Origin: Syntrophomonadaceae bacterium
Lineage (GTDB): Bacteria; Bacillota; Dethiobacteria; DTU022
Assembly: GCA_003553895.1 (NCBI GenBank)
Contig: PWFM01000039.1
Coordinates: 1 to 38,299 of the forward strand
Length of the DNA: 38,299 nt
Direction of reading: 5' to 3'
Position 1 is the first letter of the stretch. The number at the start of each line of letters is the position of its first letter. Both the position numbers and the translations under genes were made by a program. This document shows positions 28,111 through 36,983 of the stretch, piece by piece. The notes under the pieces were generated by a model, which was not told the DNA's origin, ran no database searches, and saw nothing but the letters and a program-made list of their open reading frames with translations.

Positions 28111-31100
28111 ATGAAATATAAGGCACCGCGCGGGACACGAGATATATTACCGGAAGAAGCAAAAAAGTGGCATTACCTCGAATCAATGTTTATGAAGTTT
28201 TGCGACCTTTATGGCTTCGGTGAAATCAGGACACCCATGTTTGAACAAACCGAGCTATTTGCCCGCAGTGTTGGCGAAGACAGCGATATTGTTTCCAAGG
28301 AAATGTATACCTTTAAGGATCGCAGCGGGCGCGATCTGACCCTGCGCCCGGAGCTGACCGCTGCCGTGGCCAGGGCTTACCTGGAGCACAACCTGGGGGA
28401 AAAACCCCAGCCGATCAAGCTCTATTACAGCGGCCCCATGTTTCGTTATGATCGTCCCCAGGCCGGCCGTTATCGCCAGTTTAACCAGTTTGGCCTGGAA
28501 ATTTTCGGATCTGAACATGCCGCTGCCGATGTGGAAGTAATATCGTTTTGCTACAATTTTTTCAGAGCCCTGCATATTGAAAATATCTCTATCGAAATCA
28601 ACAGCGTCGGTTGTCCGGCCTGTCGGCCCCGGTACAGGGAGAACCTGGTGCCGTACCTGGAAAACCTGGAAAACGGCCTCTGCGATGACTGCCGCAACCG
28701 CTATAAAAACAATCCCCTGAGGGTCCTGGATTGCAAGCAAGAAAGCTGCCGGGAACAGGTTAAAGATGCGCCCCGCCTGGTCGATCACCTCTGCCCGGAT
28801 TGCGCCACTAATTTTGAAACCGTAATAAGTCTGCTTACCAGGTTGAATATACCTTATAACCTTAACCCCAACCTGGTCCGGGGTCTTGATTATTACACCC
28901 GCACAGCATTTGAAATCAGCGCCGGAGGCGCCGGGGCCCAGGCCTCGTTATGCGGCGGGGGGCGTTATGATCACCTGGTTGAGCATATCGGCGGGCCCCA
29001 GGTGCCCGGTGTAGGAGTAGCTTTTGGCGTGGAGCGGATTATGCTGGCCATGGAGTGGGATAAAATCAAAGCCGAGCCCGGTTTGCCCGTATTCATTGCC
29101 ACTGCCGGCAGCGGGCTGGAAGGAGAAGCCCTGGCCCTGGCGGCCGAACTGCGCAGCGGGGATGTGCCCGCAGAAACCGATTTGCTTGCAAGAAGCCTGA
29201 AAGGGCAGATGAAGTACTCCGGGCGGCGGGGTTTCAGCCGGGTGGTAATTATTGGGGAAAAAGAAATAGAACAGGGCCTTGTAACCCTGCGGGATATGGA
29301 AAGCGGGGAGCAAAAAGAAATGCCCCGCCGGTCTCTTCTGGATCAACTAACCGGCAAAGCCCCGGTGCCGGGTCCGGCCGAAGAAGAGGGCGGGCCGCTG
29401 GACGAGGCGGAAGTGATTATGCCCGGGCGGCCGGGCAGCCATATAGAGGAGGCCCAAAAAACGCATTACTGCGGCAAACTGGACGCCGGACATGTAAATA
29501 AAGAAGTGGCCCTTGCCGGCTGGGTAGGTAAGCGCCGCGATCACGGCGGTTTGATTTTTATCGACCTGCGCGATCGCAGCGGCCAGGTGCAGCTGGTTTT
29601 TGATCAGCGCCAGGGAAAAGGCCTTTTTCAGCAGGCCGAAAGCCTGCGCAGCGAGTATGTGGTGGCTGTAAAAGGAGAGGTCCTGCGCCGGTCTCCCGAG
29701 ACCGTTAACCCTTCCCTGCCTACCGGTGAAATTGAAGTCCGGGTTACGGCAATGGAGATTTTAAACAGTTCGAGAACCCCTCCTTTCTATATCGAAGATA
29801 ATCTTAATGTAGATGAAAACCTGCGCCTGCGTTACCGCTACCTCGATTTAAGGCGACCGGAAATGTTGAAGCGCCTTCAACTGCGCCACCGGGCAGTAAA
29901 AATGATCCGCGATTACATGGATCGCTACGATTTCCTGGAAGTGGAGACCCCGGTGCTGACCCGCAGCACCCCCGAAGGGGCCAGGGACTTTTTAGTCCCG
30001 AGCAGGGTGCAGGGTGGCGAGTTTTATGCCCTGCCTCAGTCGCCCCAGCTTTTCAAGCAGCTGCTCATGGTCAGCGGAATTGAACGCTATTTCCAGATCG
30101 TGCGCTGTTTCCGGGATGAAGATTTAAGGGCCGATCGGCAGCCCGAATTTACCCAGGTTGATATTGAAACCTCTTTTTTCAGCGCCGAAAACCTTTTTGC
30201 CCTTACCGAAGGTTTGGTGGCCGAGCTCTGGGAAAAAATCCACGGGCGGGAAATTAAGCGTCCCTTTGTCCGTATTCCTTACCGGGAAGCGATGAACCGG
30301 TTTGGCACTGACAAGCCCGATCTGCGATATACAATGGAACTGGCAGACCTGGAGGAGCCGGCCGGAAAAAGCGAGTTTAAAGTTTTTAAAACGGCCCTGG
30401 AAGACGGTGGAGCAGTCAAGGGCCTGCGCATCCCGGGCGGAAAACGTCTCAGCCGTAAAGACCTGGATGATCTGACCCTGCAGGCCCGCCAGCTGGGGGC
30501 CAGAGGCCTGGCCTGGGCTTATGTAGAAGAGGAAGGCTGGCGTTCACCGATCAGCAAATTTTTTAGTGAAGAGCTGATCGAAGAGATTAATATAAAGATG
30601 AGGGCTGAACCCGGCGATGTCCTGCTTTTTGTAGCCGACCGGTGGCATACAGCCTGCACTGTCCTGGGGCACCTGCGCTCTAAGTTTGCCCCGGCCGATC
30701 TTCCTGAAGAGCCGCACTTCTTGTGGGTGGTTGATTTCCCCCTCTTTCACTATAATGAAGAGGAACAGCGTTATGATTCTGATCATCACCCCTTTACAGC
30801 CCCCCGGCCTGAAGACATGGACCTCCTGGAAAAAGAGCCCCTTTCCGTCCGGGCCCGCGCTTACGACCTGGTCCTCAACGGTGTGGAAATTGGAGGCGGC
30901 AGCATGCGTATTCACGATGCCGCCACCCAGGCTAAGATATTTGGCCTGCTGGGGCTTTCAGAAGAGGAGAGCAGGGAGAAATTTGGCTTCTTATTGGAGG
31001 CCCTGTCATATGGCGCTCCGCCGCATGGCGGGATAGCGCTGGGCCTGGATCGCCTGGCCGCCCTTTTAAGCGGTGACGATTCAATCCGCCAGGTAATCCC

Positions 31101-31215
31101 CTTTCCAAAAACAGCTACCGCCAGCTGCCTGATGACCGGGGCCCCTTCCCTTGTTTCCGAAAAACAGCTGGAGGAGTTGGGAATAAAAATGGCGCCGGAA
31201 AAAGAAGATAAGTGA
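28111..31215 (+). CDS. Fused histidyl-tRNA synthetase / aspartyl-tRNA synthetase (HisS-AspS)
   Basis: aa 1-~413 is a complete HisRS (PRGTRD, LRPELTA, RYDRPQAGRYRQF, LVRGLDYY, GGGRYD, FGVERI, anticodon domain). A ~37-aa linker follows. aa ~451-1034 is a complete AspRS (THYCG, RDHGG, LRYRYLDLR, TPEGARDF, LPQSPQ, FRDEDLRADRQPEFTQ, HHPFT, GAPPHGGIALGLDR). No in-frame stop between them. Confidence 0.92.
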   Translation: MKYKAPRGTRDILPEEAKKWHYLESMFMKFCDLYGFGEIRTPMFEQTELFARSVGEDSDIVSKEMYTFKDRSGRDLTLRPELTAAVARAYLEHNLGEKPQPIKLYYSGPMFRYDRPQAGRYRQFNQFGLEIFGSEHAAADVEVISFCYNFFRALHIENISIEINSVGCPACRPRYRENLVPYLENLENGLCDDCRNRYKNNPLRVLDCKQESCREQVKDAPRLVDHLCPDCATNFETVISLLTRLNIPYNLNPNLVRGLDYYTRTAFEISAGGAGAQASLCGGGRYDHLVEHIGGPQVPGVGVAFGVERIMLAMEWDKIKAEPGLPVFIATAGSGLEGEALALAAELRSGDVPAETDLLARSLKGQMKYSGRRGFSRVVIIGEKEIEQGLVTLRDMESGEQKEMPRRSLLDQLTGKAPVPGPAEEEGGPLDEAEVIMPGRPGSHIEEAQKTHYCGKLDAGHVNKEVALAGWVGKRRDHGGLIFIDLRDRSGQVQLVFDQRQGKGLFQQAESLRSEYVVAVKGEVLRRSPETVNPSLPTGEIEVRVTAMEILNSSRTPPFYIEDNLNVDENLRLRYRYLDLRRPEMLKRLQLRHRAVKMIRDYMDRYDFLEVETPVLTRSTPEGARDFLVPSRVQGGEFYALPQSPQLFKQLLMVSGIERYFQIVRCFRDEDLRADRQPEFTQVDIETSFFSAENLFALTEGLVAELWEKIHGREIKRPFVRIPYREAMNRFGTDKPDLRYTMELADLEEPAGKSEFKVFKTALEDGGAVKGLRIPGGKRLSRKDLDDLTLQARQLGARGLAWAYVEEEGWRSPISKFFSEELIEEINIKMRAEPGDVLLFVADRWHTACTVLGHLRSKFAPADLPEEPHFLWVVDFPLFHYNEEEQRYDSDHHPFTAPRPEDMDLLEKEPLSVRARAYDLVLNGVEIGGGSMRIHDAATQAKIFGLLGLSEEESREKFGFLLEALSYGAPPHGGIALGLDRLAALLSGDDSIRQVIPFPKTATASCLMTGAPSLVSEKQLEELGIKMAPEKEDK

Positions 31216-31288
31216 ATAAAAATTCAAACCGGGGAGATTTACGGGCCGGTTTTGCCTGCAGAATAATCAACTGCCGGTTTTGAGCGTC

Positions 31289-31317
31289 TTGCCAGTTGAC
31301 CGTTTTTGTGCTATGAT
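31289..31317 (+). promoter_or_regulatory. Putative SigA promoter of 6S RNA
   Basis: TTGCCA-17 bp-TATGAT with an extended TG. Confidence 0.55.
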
Positions 31318-31347
31318 TCAATTGCAAAAAGCAAGTATACATGGGCG

Positions 31348-31523
31348 TGACCCTGCTGTGTTCGTGACAGCCGATTAAGTTTTGAGCCAACATTGATCAG
31401 ACGGGAGCCCGGCCTTCAGTTGTGGCGCAGATGCCTTTGCAAAGAGGACCTGTAAAGCAGCTGAGAGGGCACCCACCTTTTGGGGGAACTGTTCAAAACC
31501 AACGGCCCACGGCATGGCGGGGT
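31348..31523 (+). ncRNA. ssrS: 6S RNA
   Basis: ~175-nt rod closed by CCCTGCTGTG/CATGGCGGGG. Contains segments typical of Firmicute 6S (GTGTTCG, TTTGAGCCAACA, GGGAGC, GGCACCCACC, GTTCAAAAC), is followed by a T-tract, and sits downstream of aspS as in Bacillus. Ends are approximate. Confidence 0.85.
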
Positions 31524-31597
31524 TTTTTTATGCCTTTCTAAGTGCTATAATAAAATTTGTTTGGCCGTTGATTACATGCTGCGGGGAGTTGGGAGCA

Positions 31598-32920
31598 TTG
31601 ACCATACAAGAATTGACCCGTTCGATCAGCAGAGAACTGGCAGCCGGGGTCCATCCCGGCGACCTGCTGGATCAAATCGAAGACCTGGAAATCGAAGAAA
31701 AAGTTGGTCTGATGCAGGAATTATCCAGCGAAGACGCCTCCCTGATCCTGCAGGAGATGGAGGATTTTGAACAGGCAGAAATCATCCGGCACCTGGACCG
31801 GGACCGGGTCAGGGAAATCCTGACCAACCTCGCTTCCGATGATGCTGCCGATGTTCTTGGAAAGTTAACGCCGGAAGAAACAGAAGAAATGCTCCAGCTG
31901 ATTGATGAGGAAGAACCGGCCGATTTTGGCAGCCTGTTAAAATATCCTGAAGATAGCGCCGGCGGTATTATGACTACCGAGTTTATATCCCTGCCGGCCG
32001 ATATTCCTGTTGAAGACGCTATCCAGCGCTTAAGAGAGATTGCCCCCGAGGCCGAAACGATTTATTATGTCTATGTCGTCGACCAGGAGGGGCAGCTGAT
32101 CGGGGTCCTCTCCTTAAGGGACTTGATCGCCGCCTCGGACGGCACCCTGCTAAAATCAATCATGCGCAGCAATGTCATTAACGTCAATGCCGCCCTGGAC
32201 CAGGAAGAGGTAGCCCGGATTGTTTCTAAATACGACCTGCTTGCCGTTCCGGTGGTAGATGATCGGAACCGGCTGCTCGGTATTATCACGGTTGACGATG
32301 TTATCGATGTTATGGAGCAGGAGGCCACAGAAGACATTTACCGTCTGGCCGGGGCCAGTAAGGTAGTGGATATGGAGCTCACAGAAGCTCCCGTCAGCAA
32401 GGTTGTCCGCCTCCGCCTGCCCTGGCTTTTTATCAGCATGGTCGGCGGTTTCATTTCCGGCAGCGTAATCGGGGGCTATGAAAGCACCCTGGAAGCGATC
32501 GTGGTCCTGGCGGTATTTATCCCCGTGATCATGGACATGGGGGGCAATGTAGGGACCCAGTCTTCCACCATATTTGTTCGCGGTATTGCCACCGGGGAAA
32601 TAGACCAGGCTGAAATGTGGCCCTATTTTTTCCGGGAAATCAGGATCGGCCTGACCCTGGGGATAATATGCGGGGCTATTATATCAGTAGCCGCCTTTAT
32701 ATGGCAGGGCAACCCCTACCTGGGCCTGGTTGTGGGCATTTCCATGTTGGGCACGATCAGCGTGGCCGCTTTAATCGGAACCCTGGTTCCCCTGATCTGC
32801 AGTAAAAACAACATTGATCCGGCTATTACAGCCGGCCCCTTTGTTACCACCATCAAAGATGTTACCGGCCTGATGATCTATTTCGTTATCGCCACTACTT
32901 TCCTTGAATACCTGCGTTAG
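31598..32920 (+). CDS. mgtE: Magnesium transporter MgtE
   Basis: Acidic N-domain, CBS pair (SAGGIMT...GIITVDD), RLPWL, GGNVGTQS, DPA...GPFVTT..D. Likely TTG start at 31598, downstream of a TGcTATAAT extended -10 (31543-31551). Confidence 0.95.
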   Translation: MTIQELTRSISRELAAGVHPGDLLDQIEDLEIEEKVGLMQELSSEDASLILQEMEDFEQAEIIRHLDRDRVREILTNLASDDAADVLGKLTPEETEEMLQLIDEEEPADFGSLLKYPEDSAGGIMTTEFISLPADIPVEDAIQRLREIAPEAETIYYVYVVDQEGQLIGVLSLRDLIAASDGTLLKSIMRSNVINVNAALDQEEVARIVSKYDLLAVPVVDDRNRLLGIITVDDVIDVMEQEATEDIYRLAGASKVVDMELTEAPVSKVVRLRLPWLFISMVGGFISGSVIGGYESTLEAIVVLAVFIPVIMDMGGNVGTQSSTIFVRGIATGEIDQAEMWPYFFREIRIGLTLGIICGAIISVAAFIWQGNPYLGLVVGISMLGTISVAALIGTLVPLICSKNNIDPAITAGPFVTTIKDVTGLMIYFVIATTFLEYLR

Positions 32921-33336
32921 CTGCTTTTTATTAAACGTGCACCACTGTCTCTGCCGTTCAGCTTATCTTCCGTGCAAATTTTGCTTACTGCGCACGATGT
33001 TCCTTTCTTCTATGATCCGCTTCATCAAAGTATTTGTTATATTTGTAGTTTTGCATGTACTCCCAATAAGCTCCTTCAGTATTTATTTTCTTTGTTTGCA
33101 ACCAGGCCACTTCATCTCTAGCCTCGTTGCTGTTCTTGCTCTAAATATATTTATCAAACCACGCTGTTTGCTGGAGTTATGGGCGGCGAAAACTGCGGGC
33201 TGATGAAGATCCTGCTGTCAACCATATAATGGAAATATGGGCCCCTGCTTGGCTAAAATTACTATCAATTTCCTCTTTTTTTTATTTTTTTTGCTTTTTT
33301 AGCAGGAGAATGCAAATAAGGGTTGAAATATAGAGG

Positions 33337-33370
33337 AAAGTGGTGTAAAGTGGTGTAAAGTGGTTGTAAA
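33337..33370 (+). promoter_or_regulatory. MraZ-binding direct repeats
   Basis: Three AAAGTGG units at 10-bp periodicity (GTGG at 33340, 33350, 33360) immediately upstream of mraZ. Confidence 0.85.
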
Positions 33371-33392
33371 TCTCCCAGATGGGGGCGAACAC

Positions 33393-33824
33393 ATGTTCAC
33401 AGGCGAATTTCACCATACGCTGGATGGAAAGGGGAGAGTGATTATCCCTTCTCGCTTGAGGGAAGGTCTTGGTGAGCGCTTTGTGATTACCCGCGGACTG
33501 GATCATTGTCTTTTTGTCTACCCCAACTCCGAATGGGTGCGCCTGGAACAGAAACTGAAGCAGCTGCCTTTTACCAGGAAAGATTCAAGGGCTTTTACGC
33601 GACTGTTTTTTTCCGGGGCTATGGAAGTGGAGGCCGACAGGCAGGGACGGGTCTTGATACCACAAAACCTGCGGGAATACGCCGGTATTGATAAAGAGGT
33701 TATGGTTATCGGCGTATCAAACCGGGTCGAAATCTGGAGTGAACCGGCCTGGAGGGAATACTTTGGCCAGGCGGATGAAAACTATGAAGAGCTGGCCGAG
33801 AAAATGGGCGATTTTGACCTTTAA
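33393..33824 (+). CDS. mraZ: Transcriptional regulator MraZ
   Basis: [32 protein letters not shown]. True start ATG 33393. Confidence 0.97.
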   Translation: MFTGEFHHTLDGKGRVIIPSRLREGLGERFVITRGLDHCLFVYPNSEWVRLEQKLKQLPFTRKDSRAFTRLFFSGAMEVEADRQGRVLIPQNLREYAGIDKEVMVIGVSNRVEIWSEPAWREYFGQADENYEELAEKMGDFDL

Positions 33825-33856
33825 GAGGGCTTTTTAATAGAAAGTGGTGCTTAAAG

Positions 33857-34819
33857 ATGGTTGAACTGCACCTGCCGGTTATGGAAAAAGAAGTGCTTGC
33901 CCACCTGGTCCACCACCGTGATGGGGTCTATGTTGACGCCACTGTAGGCGACGGAGGCCATGCGGAAGCAATCTGCCGCAGCATTGCCCCGGAAGGGCAG
34001 TTAGTCGGGCTGGACTGGGACGAAGCGGCCCTGGAACGGGCCCGGGAAAGACTGGCCGGGTCTTCCGGACAGGTGAAGCTGGTTCACGCCGATTATACAG
34101 ACATTGAAACTGTGCTGGGCGAAGCAGGGTTTTCCGGGGTTGACGGTATCCTGATCGATCTCGGGGCGTCGACCTTGCAGTTAATGGATCCGGAAAGAGG
34201 TTTTTCTTTTCACCAGGGCGGAGACCTGGATATGCGCATGGATCGCCGCCTGCCGGTTACAGCAAAAGAGATAATCAACACATACAGCGCCGCCGACCTG
34301 GCCGGGATATTTTATAAATTCGGCGAAGAGCGCTGGTCAAAACGGATTGCGGCCCGGATCCTGCAGGAACGGGAGCAGGCCGGCCCCATTACCGACAGCG
34401 CCCAACTGGCCGAAGTGGTTAAAGAAGCGATTCCCGCCCGCTACCGGCGCAGCGGAGGCCATCCTGCCCGCAGGGTGTTCCAGGCTTTGCGCCTTGCCGT
34501 TAACCGGGAGCTGGATAACCTGGAGCAGGTTTTGCCCCAGGCAGTGAGATGCCTGGCCCCTGGCGGGCGCCTTTGCATCATAGCCTATCATTCGCTGGAA
34601 GACCGGCTGGTAAAAAATTATTTTCGGAGCCGGACCGGACAGTGCAGCTGCCCGCCCGGAAAACCGTGTGTATGCGATAAGAAAGCAGAGTTAAAAATTC
34701 TCACCTCAAAAGCGGTTAAGCCTTCAAAAGAAGAGGTAACCGCCAATCCACGGGCCCGCAGCGCCCGCCTGAGAGCCGCAGAACGCCTGGCTAACCAGGG
34801 ACGGAAAGAAGGTGAATAA
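33857..34819 (+). CDS. rsmH: 16S rRNA m4C1402 methyltransferase
   Basis: HLPVM, DATVGDGGH, RGFSF, LDMRMD, FQALR, YHSLEDR, NPRARSARLR. Confidence 0.97.
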   Translation: MVELHLPVMEKEVLAHLVHHRDGVYVDATVGDGGHAEAICRSIAPEGQLVGLDWDEAALERARERLAGSSGQVKLVHADYTDIETVLGEAGFSGVDGILIDLGASTLQLMDPERGFSFHQGGDLDMRMDRRLPVTAKEIINTYSAADLAGIFYKFGEERWSKRIAARILQEREQAGPITDSAQLAEVVKEAIPARYRRSGGHPARRVFQALRLAVNRELDNLEQVLPQAVRCLAPGGRLCIIAYHSLEDRLVKNYFRSRTGQCSCPPGKPCVCDKKAELKILTSKAVKPSKEEVTANPRARSARLRAAERLANQGRKEGE

Positions 34820-34821
34820 AG

Positions 34822-35262
34822 ATGCAGCAGGCCACAAAAGTATCTAAAGTTAACCGGCCGGTTTCTCCCCCTCAACCTACCAGGGAACATATCCCGGGAG
34901 CACAGCCGGCCCGCTGGCTAAAAAAGGTCAAACTGCTCGCCATTGCCCTGACCTGTTTTATGCTCAGCCTGGTCGTAATAGCGCAGTATTCATCACTGGT
35001 GATCATGAACCACCACCTGGGGAGCGCCCGGTCCGAACTGGCAGAGGCCAGGGAATCTGTCCGGTCCCTGGAGCTGGAAGCAGCCCGGCTTGGTTCGATC
35101 AGCCGGATCGATGAAATCGCCAGGGAAGAGCTGGGGATGATTGAACCGGAAGCGGCCCAGCTCCAGGTTATAAGCGCTTCGCAGAGGGAAAGATCTCAGC
35201 CGGGGGAGGGAGCTGAATGGCTAATTTTACCGTTAAACGGACCACAATCAGGCGAAGGCTGA
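34822..35262 (+). CDS. ftsL: Cell division protein FtsL
   Basis: Single TM, leucine zipper, RIDEIAREELGM; located between rsmH and the PBP gene. Confidence 0.8.
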   Translation: MQQATKVSKVNRPVSPPQPTREHIPGAQPARWLKKVKLLAIALTCFMLSLVVIAQYSSLVIMNHHLGSARSELAEARESVRSLELEAARLGSISRIDEIAREELGMIEPEAAQLQVISASQRERSQPGEGAEWLILPLNGPQSGEG

Positions 35263-36953
35263 TCCTGGTTTTTGTCCTGACTGTCCTTGCCACCTTGCTT
35301 TTAATTAGCCGTTTGGCCTGGATCCAGATAGTCCAGGCGGACCAGTTATATGAACAGGCCTGGGAGCAGTGGAATCATATTGTGCCGGTGCAGACCGCCC
35401 GCGGTTCCATCTATGATCGCCATGGGAACCTGCTGGCCGGAAGCGTTACCGCAGATACGATTGCCGCTATTCCAAACCAGATCGACAACCCGGAGGAAGT
35501 GGCCGGGGCGCTGGCCCCGATCCTGGAGATGGATGAAGCCAGAATCAGGGAGCTCATAACCATGGATTACAGTTCAATTTATATCAAGCGGCGGGTTCCC
35601 GCCGATATGTCCAAGATGATCCGGGAAATGAATATTCCGGGAATAGTCTTTTTTCCCGAGGAAAAAAGAAATTATCCGGGCGAACAGCTGGCCTCGCAAC
35701 TACTCGGCTTTGTCGGAATGGACCAGGGCCTGGCCGGGCTGGAGCACTACTATGAAGAATACCTGAGGGGGGCGGAAAGTAACCTGCTCTACCCGGCCGA
35801 TGAAAGAGGCCGGCAGCTGCCGCATCACTTTAACCGCTTTGCGCCCCTGCCGGAAAACTATGATCTGCGCCTGACTATTGATGAAAGTATCCAGCATATT
35901 GTCGAAAAGGAGCTGGCCGTAATCATGGAGCAGGCAGCTCCCCGGCAGGCCGTGGCGGTGGCCGTAGACCCCCATAGCGGGGCGGTGCTGGCCGCGGCTT
36001 CCAAGCCGGATTATAACCCGGGAGAATATGATAGTTTTGATCCCGATAGCTGGTCTTTACCTGTTTTCAGCTCTTCCTTTGAACCGGGATCAACTTTTAA
36101 AATGGTGACCCTGGCGGCCCTGGTTGAAGAGGGGCTTTTCGAACCCGACCAGGAATTCCACTGCCCCGGTTACGCCACCGTGGGGGGACGGAGAATTAAT
36201 TGTTGGACTTCAAGCCGCGGCGGGCACGGGGATATCAGCTATTATGAGGCCGTAGGCGGATCCTGTAACCCGGCTTTTATCGAACTTGGTGAAACCCTGG
36301 GCAAAGAAAAATTGTTTCATTATATAGAAGGCTTTGGTTTTGGCCGTCAAACCGGGGTTGATTACCCCGGCGAAAGCAGCGGTGTTATTTTTGAGCTTGA
36401 TCAGATCGGGCCCCAGGAGCTGGCCACCTCTTCTTTCGGGCAGGGCATCTCGGTTACGCCTATTCAGCAGGCTATGTCCACTGCGGCCATGGTCAACGGC
36501 GGCTACCTGTTTAAGCCCTACCTGGTGGAAGAAATAGTTGACCAGGACGGAGAAACTTACATTAAAAGGGAACCGGAAATGATCAGGCAGGTTGTCTCGG
36601 AAGAAACCTCTGCCCAGTTGATCGATTTGATGGAAAGCGTGATTTTGGAGGGCACCGGGACGACGGCCGCCCTGGAAAACTACCGGGTAGCCGGCAAAAC
36701 GGGGACGGCAGAAAAAATTGACGACGAGGGTACTTACCGGTCTGATGAATTTATTTATTCCCTGGCCGGTTTTGCCCCGGTTGAAGACCCGAAAATTGTG
36801 CTTTACGTGGCTGTTGACGGGGTAACCAGGGGGCCGCGTTTTGGATCGCAGACCAGCGCGCCCCTGTTCAGGAGAATCATGGAAGACACCTTAAACTACC
36901 TGCAGGTTTCTCCATCGAAACAACCGCCGGAAGAGGTAGACCCGGAAGAGTAA
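35217..36953 (+). CDS. Class B penicillin-binding protein (FtsI/SpoVD-like), no PASTA domains
   Basis: N-terminal TM, RGSIYDR, RNYP, GLE, EPGSTFK (SxxK), SCN (SxN), KTGT. Confidence 0.93.
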   Translation: MANFTVKRTTIRRRLILVFVLTVLATLLLISRLAWIQIVQADQLYEQAWEQWNHIVPVQTARGSIYDRHGNLLAGSVTADTIAAIPNQIDNPEEVAGALAPILEMDEARIRELITMDYSSIYIKRRVPADMSKMIREMNIPGIVFFPEEKRNYPGEQLASQLLGFVGMDQGLAGLEHYYEEYLRGAESNLLYPADERGRQLPHHFNRFAPLPENYDLRLTIDESIQHIVEKELAVIMEQAAPRQAVAVAVDPHSGAVLAAASKPDYNPGEYDSFDPDSWSLPVFSSSFEPGSTFKMVTLAALVEEGLFEPDQEFHCPGYATVGGRRINCWTSSRGGHGDISYYEAVGGSCNPAFIELGETLGKEKLFHYIEGFGFGRQTGVDYPGESSGVIFELDQIGPQELATSSFGQGISVTPIQQAMSTAAMVNGGYLFKPYLVEEIVDQDGETYIKREPEMIRQVVSEETSAQLIDLMESVILEGTGTTAALENYRVAGKTGTAEKIDDEGTYRSDEFIYSLAGFAPVEDPKIVLYVAVDGVTRGPRFGSQTSAPLFRRIMEDTLNYLQVSPSKQPPEEVDPEE

Positions 36954-36983
36954 GCGGGCGCGGTTTGGAAGGAGTTGCAAGCG

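Noticed and set aside
31340-31597. M-box riboswitch or extended mgtE start at 31514
   Set aside because: The sequence fits 6S RNA, the 31514 start overlaps it, and mgtE has its own extended -10 and RBS.
32904-33203. 99-aa plus-strand ORF after mgtE
   Set aside because: No RBS, overlaps the mgtE end, and its composition reflects T-rich DNA.
33185-33220. CTGATGA/GAAA as a hammerhead ribozyme or fluoride riboswitch
   Set aside because: Spacing is too short for the hammerhead stems, and the fluoride riboswitch 5' GATGG pseudoknot segment is absent.
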